A DNA stretch of 64,000 nucleotides, taken from Candidatus Tayloriibacteriota bacterium (lineage in GTDB: Bacteria > Patescibacteriota > Minisyncoccia > Phycocordibacterales > PALSA-1337). Below the pieces are notes generated by a model, which did no database searches, was not told the DNA's origin, and worked only from the letters and a program-made list of their open reading frames with translations. Both the position numbers and the translations under genes were made by a program. Positions 47,518 to 56,364 of this stretch are shown here, in pieces. The stretch spans positions 26,495 through 90,494 of the forward strand of contig JBPOID010000007.1 in the NCBI GenBank assembly GCA_052034805.1. Reading direction: 5' to 3'. Numbering within the stretch: the stretch's first letter is position 1; every line of letters starts with the position of its first letter.

Positions 47518-48864
47518 TTATTTTTCGCTAAAGGTCTCTATTTTCGCACCTAATTTATTTAATCTTTCTGCCAAATCTTCATAACCTCTATTTATATTAT
47601 ATACACCGCGAAGTATCGATACACCTGGGCAGGCAAGCATAGCTATCATTATAATAACTGAAGGTCTAAGTGCTGGTGGACATACTATATCATTCGCGCG
47701 AAACTTGGTCGGACCCGTGATATAGAATCTGAACGGATCGGCTAGTATTGTATCTGCTCCTAATTTATCTAATTCTTTATAATAAATTGCTCTTTCTTCA
47801 TAAACCCAATCATGGATAAATGTCTGTCCTTCTGCTACTGCACCTATAACTGCAAAGAAGGGTAGATTATCCATATTTATTCCTGGATATGGTTGAGCAT
47901 GTATTTTCTCTTCTAATGCTTTTAGATTTCCTGAATGAGTCTTTATATCTACTAGATTTGTTTCTCCGTTCAATGCTTTATATCTTTTAAGTATTTCATA
48001 TTGAAATCCCATTTTCTCTAATTTTAGAAGTTCAAGTTCTAGGAAATCTATAGGGCAACGTTTAACTGTTATAGATGAATTAGTAACTATAGCTACAGTT
48101 AGAAGCGACATGGCTTCTATAGGATCTTCACTTAATTCGTATTCTATATCTTTATTTATTTCTTTTTTGCCATAAATAGTTAGAGTTGATGTACCTATTC
48201 CTTCTATTTCTACACCTAATGATTGTAGATAAAAGCATACATCTTGTACTTGATAATTAGCAGAAGCAAATTTTATAACAGTTTTTCCTTCTATTCCTGC
48301 CGAAGCCATAATAGTTGTTTCTGTTACAGTATCTCCTGCTTCATAAAGTATTATTTGAGAAGCATTCAATCCTTTATTTGTTATTTTATAATAATCACTT
48401 TTTGTTTCTATTTTTATTCCTAATTTTTCTAATGAATAGAAATAGGGCTTTACTGTTCTTGAACCTAGTTTGCAACCACCGGCTTGGGGTATTTGGAAAT
48501 TATTGAATTTATGTATAAGAGAACCTATTATCATTATTGCACTTCTGGTACGAGATGCATTTTCTTTATCTATTTTTTCTATTTCTATTTTCTTTGGAGG
48601 AATAATAATCAAATCACTATTCTTTCCATTCTTTTTCCATTCTATTTTTACACCTATACTTTCTAATACTTCGGCTATTCTATACACCTCTTCTATTTTT
48701 GGTGCATTTTTTATAATTGTTTTGCCTTTATTGAGTAGAGAAGCACACATTACACCCACTGCACCATTCTTTGAGGTTCTAACTGTTATTTCGCCAGAAA
48801 GCTTCTTTCCACCTTCTATACGGAAATTCAGTGTATTCTTGTCATTTTTCATTTCTTTTTTCAT
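47518..48864 (-). CDS. murA: UDP-N-acetylglucosamine 1-carboxyvinyltransferase
   Basis: SKN, GGCKLGSR (catalytic Cys), PYPG..MD, RGYEDL. Confidence 0.95.
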   Translation of the reverse strand: MKKEMKNDKNTLNFRIEGGKKLSGEITVRTSKNGAVGVMCASLLNKGKTIIKNAPKIEEVYRIAEVLESIGVKIEWKKNGKNSDLIIIPPKKIEIEKIDKENASRTRSAIMIIGSLIHKFNNFQIPQAGGCKLGSRTVKPYFYSLEKLGIKIETKSDYYKITNKGLNASQIILYEAGDTVTETTIMASAGIEGKTVIKFASANYQVQDVCFYLQSLGVEIEGIGTSTLTIYGKKEINKDIEYELSEDPIEAMSLLTVAIVTNSSITVKRCPIDFLELELLKLEKMGFQYEILKRYKALNGETNLVDIKTHSGNLKALEEKIHAQPYPGINMDNLPFFAVIGAVAEGQTFIHDWVYEERAIYYKELDKLGADTILADPFRFYITGPTKFRANDIVCPPALRPSVIIMIAMLACPGVSILRGVYNINRGYEDLAERLNKLGAKIETFSEK

Positions 48865-48980
48865 TTTTAGGGATTTTGGGATTTTATTTATGATTTTCTA
48901 TAAGTTATTTATATCACAAAAAGCTTCCGAAATATAGGAAATTGCAAAATACATAAAATAAGAATATGATTCAATTATAT

Positions 48981-49994
48981 ATGTCATTATTCAGTCAAAA
49001 AATAGGTATAGATCTCGGTACTGCAAATACTTTAGTCTTTGTACCTAATAAAGGTATTGTATTGAATGAACCTTCTGTTGTTGCTGTTTCACTACAAGAC
49101 AAAAGAATTCTCGCAGTAGGAAATGAGGCAAAAGAAATGATAGGACGTACTCCTGATAGTATCATTGCATATAGACCTATGAGAGATGGGGTTATCGCTG
49201 ATTATAGAGTTACTGAAGCGATGCTTAGATATTTCATAGATAAAGCTTTGCCAAAATGGAATATTTTCAAACCTGAAGTTATGGTATCTGTACCTGCAGG
49301 TATTACTTCTACTGAACGTCGTGCTGTTATAGAAGCAACGATAAAGGCCGGTGCAAAGAATGCTTATGTTGTGAAAGAACCGATACTTGCTGCTATTGGT
49401 GCTGGTATCCCTATACATGAGGCGCGTGGACATATGGTGGTAGATATAGGCGGAGGCACAACAGATGTTGCTGTGATTTCTCTCGGGGGAATAGTTGCTT
49501 GTAATTCTGTAAAATGTGCAGGCAATAGAATAGATTCTGCAATAGCAGAATATATAAAGAAAACTTTTAATCTAGCTATAGGTGACAAAACTGCAGAAGA
49601 TATAAAGATAAATATAGGTTCGGCTATACCACTTGAACAAGAATTATCAATGATGGTTAAGGGACGTGATTTCATAACTGGATTACCTCGTTCTACAGAG
49701 TTAAAGACAAATGAAGTTGTCAAAGCTATAAATAAAGATTTACATAATATGATAAAAGCTATAAAGGATGTATTACAGGAAACACCACCAGAATTAGCTT
49801 CTGATATTATAGATTATGGAATAATAATGACAGGCGGTAGTTCAATGTTGAGAAATTTCCCAGAATTAGTATTCCGTAGAACAGGTGTAAAGGCTAAACT
49901 TGCAGATGAAGCATTATTCTGTGTTGTGAAGGGAACGGGTATAGCATTGGATCATCTAGATACATATAAGAAAAGTATTTTAGCTAAAAGATAA
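48981..49994 (+). CDS. mreB: Rod shape-determining protein MreB (paralog 1)
   Basis: GIDLGTAN, EPSVVA, DIGGGTTD, TPPELASD. Confidence 0.95.
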   Translation: MSLFSQKIGIDLGTANTLVFVPNKGIVLNEPSVVAVSLQDKRILAVGNEAKEMIGRTPDSIIAYRPMRDGVIADYRVTEAMLRYFIDKALPKWNIFKPEVMVSVPAGITSTERRAVIEATIKAGAKNAYVVKEPILAAIGAGIPIHEARGHMVVDIGGGTTDVAVISLGGIVACNSVKCAGNRIDSAIAEYIKKTFNLAIGDKTAEDIKINIGSAIPLEQELSMMVKGRDFITGLPRSTELKTNEVVKAINKDLHNMIKAIKDVLQETPPELASDIIDYGIIMTGGSSMLRNFPELVFRRTGVKAKLADEALFCVVKGTGIALDHLDTYKKSILAKR

Positions 49995-50662
49995 TGTTTA
50001 AAGAGTTAAAATCTCTAAATCATCATGCGTATTTTATACATAGTTTCAAAGACTCTTCTTTGCATTTAAAGAGTTTTCTAAAAGATAAATTTAATATTAA
50101 AGAAAATAAAAACCCAGACTTTTTCCATGAAGTCTTCGAAATCATGGGTATAGATAATAGTAGAAAGATAAAAGAGAATCATTTATCCAAAAGTTTTATT
50201 AAAGATGGTAAGAAAATATTTATTATAGAATGTTCTGGTATAACACATGAAGCCCAGAATTCACTTTTGAAAATATTCGAAGAACCAAATGAGAATAGTC
50301 ATTTTTTCCTCATTATGCCTTCTCCAAATGTATTATTGCCAACACTTTTGTCTAGAATATTTATTCTAAAGAAAGATAAAGAAGATAATAAAGAGTCTAT
50401 GATACAAGCTTTGAAATTTCTCGAATTATCAAAGACAAAGAAAATAGATTTCGTAGATGAAATGGCAAAAGATATAAGTGATGAGAAAATTACAAAGAAA
50501 GATATACAGGAATTTCTTAATTCTCTAGAATCGATTCTATACGAAAATGGAATAGAAGAGAATAAAAGTATTTTAAAATCTATTATCAAAGCTAGAGACT
50601 ATATGAACGATAGATCACCTTCTATAAAACAATTATTAGAATATATAGCCTTGAATATTTAA
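49994..50662 (+). CDS. holB: DNA polymerase III delta' subunit-like protein
   Basis: HHAY, NPDF, EAQNSLLKIFEEP, LLPTLLSR. Confidence 0.8.
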   Translation: MFKELKSLNHHAYFIHSFKDSSLHLKSFLKDKFNIKENKNPDFFHEVFEIMGIDNSRKIKENHLSKSFIKDGKKIFIIECSGITHEAQNSLLKIFEEPNENSHFFLIMPSPNVLLPTLLSRIFILKKDKEDNKESMIQALKFLELSKTKKIDFVDEMAKDISDEKITKKDIQEFLNSLESILYENGIEENKSILKSIIKARDYMNDRSPSIKQLLEYIALNI

Positions 50663-50674
50663 TATTTTTATAAT

Positions 50675-50683
50675 TGTGGATAA
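50675..50683 (-). promoter_or_regulatory. DnaA box
   Basis: TGTGGATAA is the reverse complement of TTATCCACA. Confidence 0.4.
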
Positions 50684-50732
50684 ATATTTGCTATACACTT
50701 GCATTTTAAAATAATAGGAGTATTATCTTACA

Positions 50733-51226
50733 TTGGAACTTGTGCAGATGTTAGTTTGTTTGGTGTTTGGGTTAAGTTCAAAAGCTGACTTCGTGCATGA
50801 GTGAGTGAAAAGGTAGAACTCCGCAACAAGAAAGGGCCCCGTCCCTATGAATGCGTTTAGTTATTCATCTAACCGCCCGATGCGCCTCGATGGGAGATCC
50901 AACGATCTCTCTCCGCCTTAGTTGCCGCAGTGTGGTGTCGGTGTTGGGTTACGTTCTACTGGTTAGGAGAAACATTCTTTTAATATAGCACCTTCATGGT
51001 GTAAGAGGGAATGTAATTTTCTTCCATATCCTCTTCAATAGTCTTTAAAACCTGCTCTGGTTGTGTAAGCGTTGGCAGATCGTCATATAACCTATATAGG
51101 TAGCGTCCACATACGCCTGAAAAGGATGATATGAGTGGCGCAAAGACTAGATGTGTGGAGAAAACTCCTATTAGCACCCGTTAGACCTCCGTGTTTCTAC
51201 ATCGGATAAGTCTCGGGTGCTTTTTC
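50733..51226 (+). ncRNA. Unassigned large structured RNA (about 490 nt)
   Basis: Promoter TTGCAT-16-TATTAT (50699-50726); many helices with G-U pairs; terminal hairpin AGCACCCG/CGGGTGCT plus U tract; no credible ORF. Confidence 0.7.
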
Positions 51227-51270
51227 TTTACATTTTTTTATTTAGACTTTTATTATGTTATAATCTGTAT

Positions 51271-51822
51271 ATGTCATACGATTTCAATAAATTCAAAAAA
51301 TCATTATTAGGCGTGGAAGAATGGATTAAGAAAGAATTCTCAGGTATTAGAACATCTCAGGCTAGTCCAGCGATATTAGATGGTGTAAAGATAGAATCCT
51401 ATGGTGTACTTTCTCCTTTATCCCAATTAGCTTCGGTGATAACTGAGGGTCCTAGAACGCTTCGTATTACTCCTTGGGATAATGCCCAGTCAAAAGAAAT
51501 AGAAAAAGCTATAACAGTAGCCAATCTAGGTGTTTCTGTATCTGTAGATGATAAGGGTCTTAGAGTCAATTTCCCAGAATTAACAGCAGAAAGAAGAGTA
51601 CAGATAGTGAAAATTGCAAAAGATAAATTAGAAGAAGGTAAAAAACAAATACGCACACATCGTGATGAAATAATGAAAGATTTGCAGAATAAAGAAAAAT
51701 CAGGAGATCTAGGTAAGGATGAAGTATTCCGTCACAAAAATGAAGCCCAAAAGATAGTAGATGATGCAAATAAGAAATTAGAAGAACTTTATTCAAAGAA
51801 AGAAAAGGAAATAATGTCATGA
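51271..51822 (+). CDS. frr: Ribosome recycling factor
   Basis: IRT..ASP.ILD, PWD, IEKAI, P.LT.ERR, KEKEIM. Confidence 0.95.
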   Translation: MSYDFNKFKKSLLGVEEWIKKEFSGIRTSQASPAILDGVKIESYGVLSPLSQLASVITEGPRTLRITPWDNAQSKEIEKAITVANLGVSVSVDDKGLRVNFPELTAERRVQIVKIAKDKLEEGKKQIRTHRDEIMKDLQNKEKSGDLGKDEVFRHKNEAQKIVDDANKKLEELYSKKEKEIMS

Positions 51823-52895
51823 CAGTTATTGTTTTTATAATCGTTCTTGCTGTACTTATTTTCGTGCATGAATTGGGGCATTTTCTCTTTGCTAGATGGA
51901 ATGGAATAAGAGTTGATGAATTTGCATTAGGTTTTGGCCCGAAACTTTTCTCAAAGAAAATAGGTGAAACTTCTTATGCTTTGAATCTAATACCTTTCGG
52001 TGGTTATGTGAAAATATTCGGAGAAAATCCAGACGATGATTCTATATCTGGTCCTGATAGTAATAGAAGTTTTGTAAATAAAGCAAAATGGAGACAGATT
52101 TCTGTGCTTTTTGCTGGAGTACTTTTCAACTTTATTTTTGCTTGGATAATAATATCAATTTCTTTTTTATTTGGAGTATTAGCTTCTGTCGATAGTTATC
52201 CAGAATACAAAAATAATATGAGTGATTCTCATATAATAGTGAATTTCATAAGTCCTGGATCACCAGCAGAAGATGCTGGTATAAAGGCAGGAGATGAACT
52301 CATCGCTTCATCCATAGAAGAGATTCAGAAAAATATAAATGAAAGTCAGGATAAGGGTTTTCTTATAAAATACAAAAGAGATGGAGTTGTAAAGGAACAA
52401 ACTATAATAGCAGAAAAGGGTATAGTCGAAGGAAAATATGCAATAGGTATAGCTATGGATAATGCTGGTATTTTGAAATTACCATTACATTTGGCTTTAT
52501 ATGAAGGTGGTAGACTCACCATTCATCTAATGAAAAAAACTGCATTAGGATTTTATGAACTGTTGTCAGGAATATTCCATGGATCATCAAAGATATTATC
52601 TTCTGTTGCTGGTCCTGTAGGTATAGCGGGACTTGTAGGAAATGCTACAAAATTAGGATTTACCTATCTATTAATGTTCACCGCTATGATATCTATTAAC
52701 CTAGGTATATTGAATCTAATACCTTTTCCAGCTTTAGATGGAGGTAGAATATTCTTTGTTATTATAGAAGCTATAATCAGAAGACCTATAAAACCTGTTA
52801 TAGCAAATACAATAAATACTATTGGTTTTGGATTATTACTTTTACTTATGGTTATAGTAACCTATAAAGACATAGTTAAATTATTTGTTAAATGA
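51819..52895 (+). CDS. rseP: RIP metalloprotease RseP (M50)
   Basis: HELGH, IPFGGYV, PDZ SPA..AG, NLIPFPALDGG. Confidence 0.95.
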   Translation: MTVIVFIIVLAVLIFVHELGHFLFARWNGIRVDEFALGFGPKLFSKKIGETSYALNLIPFGGYVKIFGENPDDDSISGPDSNRSFVNKAKWRQISVLFAGVLFNFIFAWIIISISFLFGVLASVDSYPEYKNNMSDSHIIVNFISPGSPAEDAGIKAGDELIASSIEEIQKNINESQDKGFLIKYKRDGVVKEQTIIAEKGIVEGKYAIGIAMDNAGILKLPLHLALYEGGRLTIHLMKKTALGFYELLSGIFHGSSKILSSVAGPVGIAGLVGNATKLGFTYLLMFTAMISINLGILNLIPFPALDGGRIFFVIIEAIIRRPIKPVIANTINTIGFGLLLLLMVIVTYKDIVKLFVK

Positions 52896-52919
52896 TAATC
52901 TTTGGGCTATTATAATGAT

Positions 52920-54167
52920 ATGAAACAATCATTACTTTTTACAAAGACAAGGAAAGATTCTCCTAAAGACGAAGTTTCAAAGAATGCAGATCTACTCATA
53001 CGTGCTGGATTTATACATAAAGAAATGGCCGGAGTATATTCCTATTTGCCATTAGGATTGCGAGTTTTGAATAAAATAATTTCTATAATAAGAGAAGAAA
53101 TGAATGCTATAGGAGGTGTAGAATTATTCTTATCTTCTCTACAAGATAAAAAGACATGGGAAACAAGTGCTAGATGGGATGATAAAGCTGTAGATATTTG
53201 GTTTAAAACAAAATTAAAAAATGATACAGAATTAGGTCTAGCTTTTACCCATGAAGAGCCATTAACCAAGATTATGAAGGATCATATAAGATCTTTTCGT
53301 GATTTGCCTGTATATGTATATCAATTCCAAACAAAGTTTAGAAATGAAATACGCGCGAAAAGTGGCATAATGCGTGGTAGGGAATTCCTTATGAAAGATT
53401 TGTATTCTTTCTCCAAAGATGAAAGATCTCATGAAGCTTTCTATGAAAAAGCAAAACAAGCATATATAAATATATTTAATAAAATAGGTATAGGAGATAA
53501 AACTTTTCTAACATTTGCATCGGGTGGTTCCTTTTCAAAATATTCACATGAATTCCAGACTCTTACAGATGCTGGTGAAGACTCAATATTTGTAGATGAG
53601 AAAAAGAAAATAGCTATAAATAAAGAAGTATTGAATGATGAAGTATTGAATGATCTAGGATTAAATAAAAATGATTTGATAGAGAAAAAAGCCGTAGAAG
53701 TTGGAAATATATTTTCTTTAGGTATTAGATTTTCAGAAGCATTCGAATTGAATTATAAAGATGAAAATGGCACAGAAATACCTGTTGTTATGGGTAGTTA
53801 TGGTATAGGTCCAGGTAGAGTTATGGGAACTGTTGTCGAAGTTCTATCTGATGAAAAAGGTTTGATATGGCCTTCTTCTATTGCACCATTTCATATACAT
53901 TTAATATCAATAGAAGATAAATCAGGAAAGGTTAAATCTGAAGCAGATAAACTCTATGATAGATTATTGGAAAAAGGTATAGAAGTTCTATACGATGATA
54001 GAGATATGAGAGCGGGTGAGAAGTTTGCTCAAAGTGAGCTTATCGGAATACCAAAGAGAGTTGTAATAAGTGAAAAGACTTTAGAATCTGATTCTATAGA
54101 AATAAAAGAAAGAAATAGTGAGAAAACAGAAATCATTAGTATAAATAATTTTCTAGAAAATTTATAA
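52920..54167 (+). CDS. proS: Proline--tRNA ligase (no editing insertion)
   Basis: THEE, QTKFRNE.R...G.MRGREF.MKD.YSF, MGSYGIG..R. Confidence 0.95.
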   Translation: MKQSLLFTKTRKDSPKDEVSKNADLLIRAGFIHKEMAGVYSYLPLGLRVLNKIISIIREEMNAIGGVELFLSSLQDKKTWETSARWDDKAVDIWFKTKLKNDTELGLAFTHEEPLTKIMKDHIRSFRDLPVYVYQFQTKFRNEIRAKSGIMRGREFLMKDLYSFSKDERSHEAFYEKAKQAYINIFNKIGIGDKTFLTFASGGSFSKYSHEFQTLTDAGEDSIFVDEKKKIAINKEVLNDEVLNDLGLNKNDLIEKKAVEVGNIFSLGIRFSEAFELNYKDENGTEIPVVMGSYGIGPGRVMGTVVEVLSDEKGLIWPSSIAPFHIHLISIEDKSGKVKSEADKLYDRLLEKGIEVLYDDRDMRAGEKFAQSELIGIPKRVVISEKTLESDSIEIKERNSEKTEIISINNFLENL

Positions 54168-54228
54168 AATAATAAATTACTTTTGCAAATAGTATTTTTA
54201 TAGCAATATGGTAATGTATGGCTATAAT

Positions 54229-55305
54229 ATGCCAAATACTAATTCCTTTAAAAAATTCAAAGAAAAGATATATGGAATGCTTTCCAATGATATCGGTATA
54301 GATCTAGGTACTGCAAATACTCTAGTTTATTTGCGTGGCAAGGGAATAGTTGTGAATGAACCTTCAGTTGTCGCACTTAATCAGAAAACGGGTAGAGTAG
54401 TCGCCGTAGGGGTAGAAGCAAAGAATATGTTAGGTCGTACACCAGCACATATAACTGCTGTAAGACCTCTTGTTGATGGGGTTATTTCTGACTTTGAGGT
54501 TACAGAAGAAATGATAGCTTATTTTATAAAGAAAGCTGAAGAATATTCCAAGAAAGTTCTAGGTCCAAGAGTTGTTGTCGGAGTTCCATCTGGAGTTACA
54601 AGTGTAGAAATAAGAGCTGTAAGAGATGCTACGAAAAACGCCGGAGCAAGAGAAGTCTATATAGTAGAAGAACCAATGGCTGGAGCTATAGGTATACGTC
54701 TCCCTATAGAAGAACCAATAGGTAATATGGTAATAGATATAGGTGGTGGAACTACAGATATAGCTATTATATCTATGTCTGGAATAGTTAGATCAAAGAA
54801 TTTGAAAATAGCAGGAGATAAACTCAATAATGACATAATGTCATATATAAGAAATGAATTCAAAATATTAGTTGGAGAAAAAACTGCTGAATATATAAAG
54901 ATAGCTGCGGGAGCTGTTATACCAGGTGAATCATTGGAAACAACTATACGTGGTAGAGATCTCATAACAGGTCTTCCTAGAGAAGTAGTGATTACAGATT
55001 CCGATGTGAGAGAAGCCATGGCAAGTTCAATAGAGAATCTAGTAGAATCTTCAAAAGAAGTTCTAGAAACTACACCACCAGAAATACTTTCAGATGTTAT
55101 GAGAAGAGGAATACATCTAGTGGGCGGAGGAGCTCTAATAAAAGGTTTGGATGAATTATTAAAAAAGACATTACAAATACCTGTTTATATTGCTGATGAT
55201 CCTATGTCTGCCATAGCGCGTGGCACAGGTATAATCCTAGAAGATTTGGAAAGATATAAAGATGTTCTAATAAAGAATGAAGATGAATTATATTCTCAAA
55301 AATAA
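54229..55305 (+). CDS. mreB: Rod shape-determining protein MreB (paralog 2, in the mreBC operon)
   Basis: GIDLGTAN, DIGGGTTD, GGGA; start uncertain (54208-54277). Confidence 0.95.
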   Translation: MPNTNSFKKFKEKIYGMLSNDIGIDLGTANTLVYLRGKGIVVNEPSVVALNQKTGRVVAVGVEAKNMLGRTPAHITAVRPLVDGVISDFEVTEEMIAYFIKKAEEYSKKVLGPRVVVGVPSGVTSVEIRAVRDATKNAGAREVYIVEEPMAGAIGIRLPIEEPIGNMVIDIGGGTTDIAIISMSGIVRSKNLKIAGDKLNNDIMSYIRNEFKILVGEKTAEYIKIAAGAVIPGESLETTIRGRDLITGLPREVVITDSDVREAMASSIENLVESSKEVLETTPPEILSDVMRRGIHLVGGGALIKGLDELLKKTLQIPVYIADDPMSAIARGTGIILEDLERYKDVLIKNEDELYSQK

Positions 55306-56080
55306 TGATCATAAAAAAAGAATTCTATCAAAACCAATAAAGGTAATTTTTTCTGTATTTATTATTGTATTAATAATTCATTTTTCATTGCCGAATAGTT
55401 TGTCATCATTTTTCACTATTATTGTTAGTCCATTCTGGAATATTGAGAAAAATGTAAAATATGGTGATTCATTTATATCTATACAAAATCTCATAAAAGA
55501 AAATGATAGTTTGAAAAAGAAAATAGAAGAAAATGAAAATAGATATACTTTTATAGAATCAATAAGAAAAGAAAATGAGGATTTGAAATATATTATGGGT
55601 AGAGATAGATCTAATAATTCTATTCTTGCTAGAATAATAAAGAAACCACCTTTTTCATCTTATGATGTATTTGTATTAGATATTGGTAATAAAAATAATA
55701 TAAAAGTAGGCGATAGAATATATGCTTTGGGTGATATATTGATAGGTGAAATAATAGAAACTAATCCCATAACTTCAAAAGCAAAACTATATTCTTCTTA
55801 TGGTGAGAAATTTAATATTTTTGTAGGCGATAATCATATAGAAACTGTGGCTCGAGGTATAGGTGGTGGAATATTCGAAGCGGAATTACCTAGAGATACG
55901 AAAATCACTATTGGAGATTCTGTATCTATACCTGATCTTACTAATTCTTTTTCTGGTAAGGTTTATGAAATAAATAGGGAAGCATCAGAACCTTTTTCTA
56001 AAATTTATATAAAACAAACTATAAATCTATATGAATTATCTTGGGTTTTAATAAAACCAATGAATAATACTAAAATATAA
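55277..56080 (+). CDS. mreC: Rod shape-determining protein MreC
   Basis: TM, coiled coil with EN..L, beta domain; follows mreB. Confidence 0.85.
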   Translation: MKMNYILKNNDHKKRILSKPIKVIFSVFIIVLIIHFSLPNSLSSFFTIIVSPFWNIEKNVKYGDSFISIQNLIKENDSLKKKIEENENRYTFIESIRKENEDLKYIMGRDRSNNSILARIIKKPPFSSYDVFVLDIGNKNNIKVGDRIYALGDILIGEIIETNPITSKAKLYSSYGEKFNIFVGDNHIETVARGIGGGIFEAELPRDTKITIGDSVSIPDLTNSFSGKVYEINREASEPFSKIYIKQTINLYELSWVLIKPMNNTKI

Positions 56081-56364
56081 TGTTTAATTTTGATAATAAA
56101 AATATAAGAATATTGGCTAATGTTCTGGTATTTTTCTCTATAGTATGGGGATATTGGTGGATGACTTGGATTATATCTCTATCTTTTATTTTTATATTTC
56201 CGAAATATTATGAAATAATGTTTTGGTCTATTATGTATGACTCTATATATGGAGCATCGATTCAGATGTTCTATAATATTCCTTTTGTATTTACAATATT
56301 AAGTATTATACTTCTTATCGTATCTATAATTTTTCGTAAAAATCTATTAGCTTATGAGACGTAA
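56080..56364 (+). CDS. Small membrane protein at the mreD position
   Basis: Hydrophobic 94 aa ORF between mreC and PBP2. Confidence 0.6.
   Translation: MFNFDNKNIRILANVLVFFSIVWGYWWMTWIISLSFIFIFPKYYEIMFWSIMYDSIYGASIQMFYNIPFVFTILSIILLIVSIIFRKNLLAYET

Noticed and set aside
50980-51177. 65 aa minus-strand ORF inside the structured region
   Set aside because: Non-ATG start, no recognisable protein pattern, antisense to a promoter/terminator-bounded RNA whose G-U pairs favour the + strand
50733-51226. tmRNA, RNase P, SRP or group II intron identity for the large RNA
   Set aside because: No tRNA-like GGGG...CCACCA ends, no GAGGAAAGUCC, no SRP GGAA domain, no domain V motif
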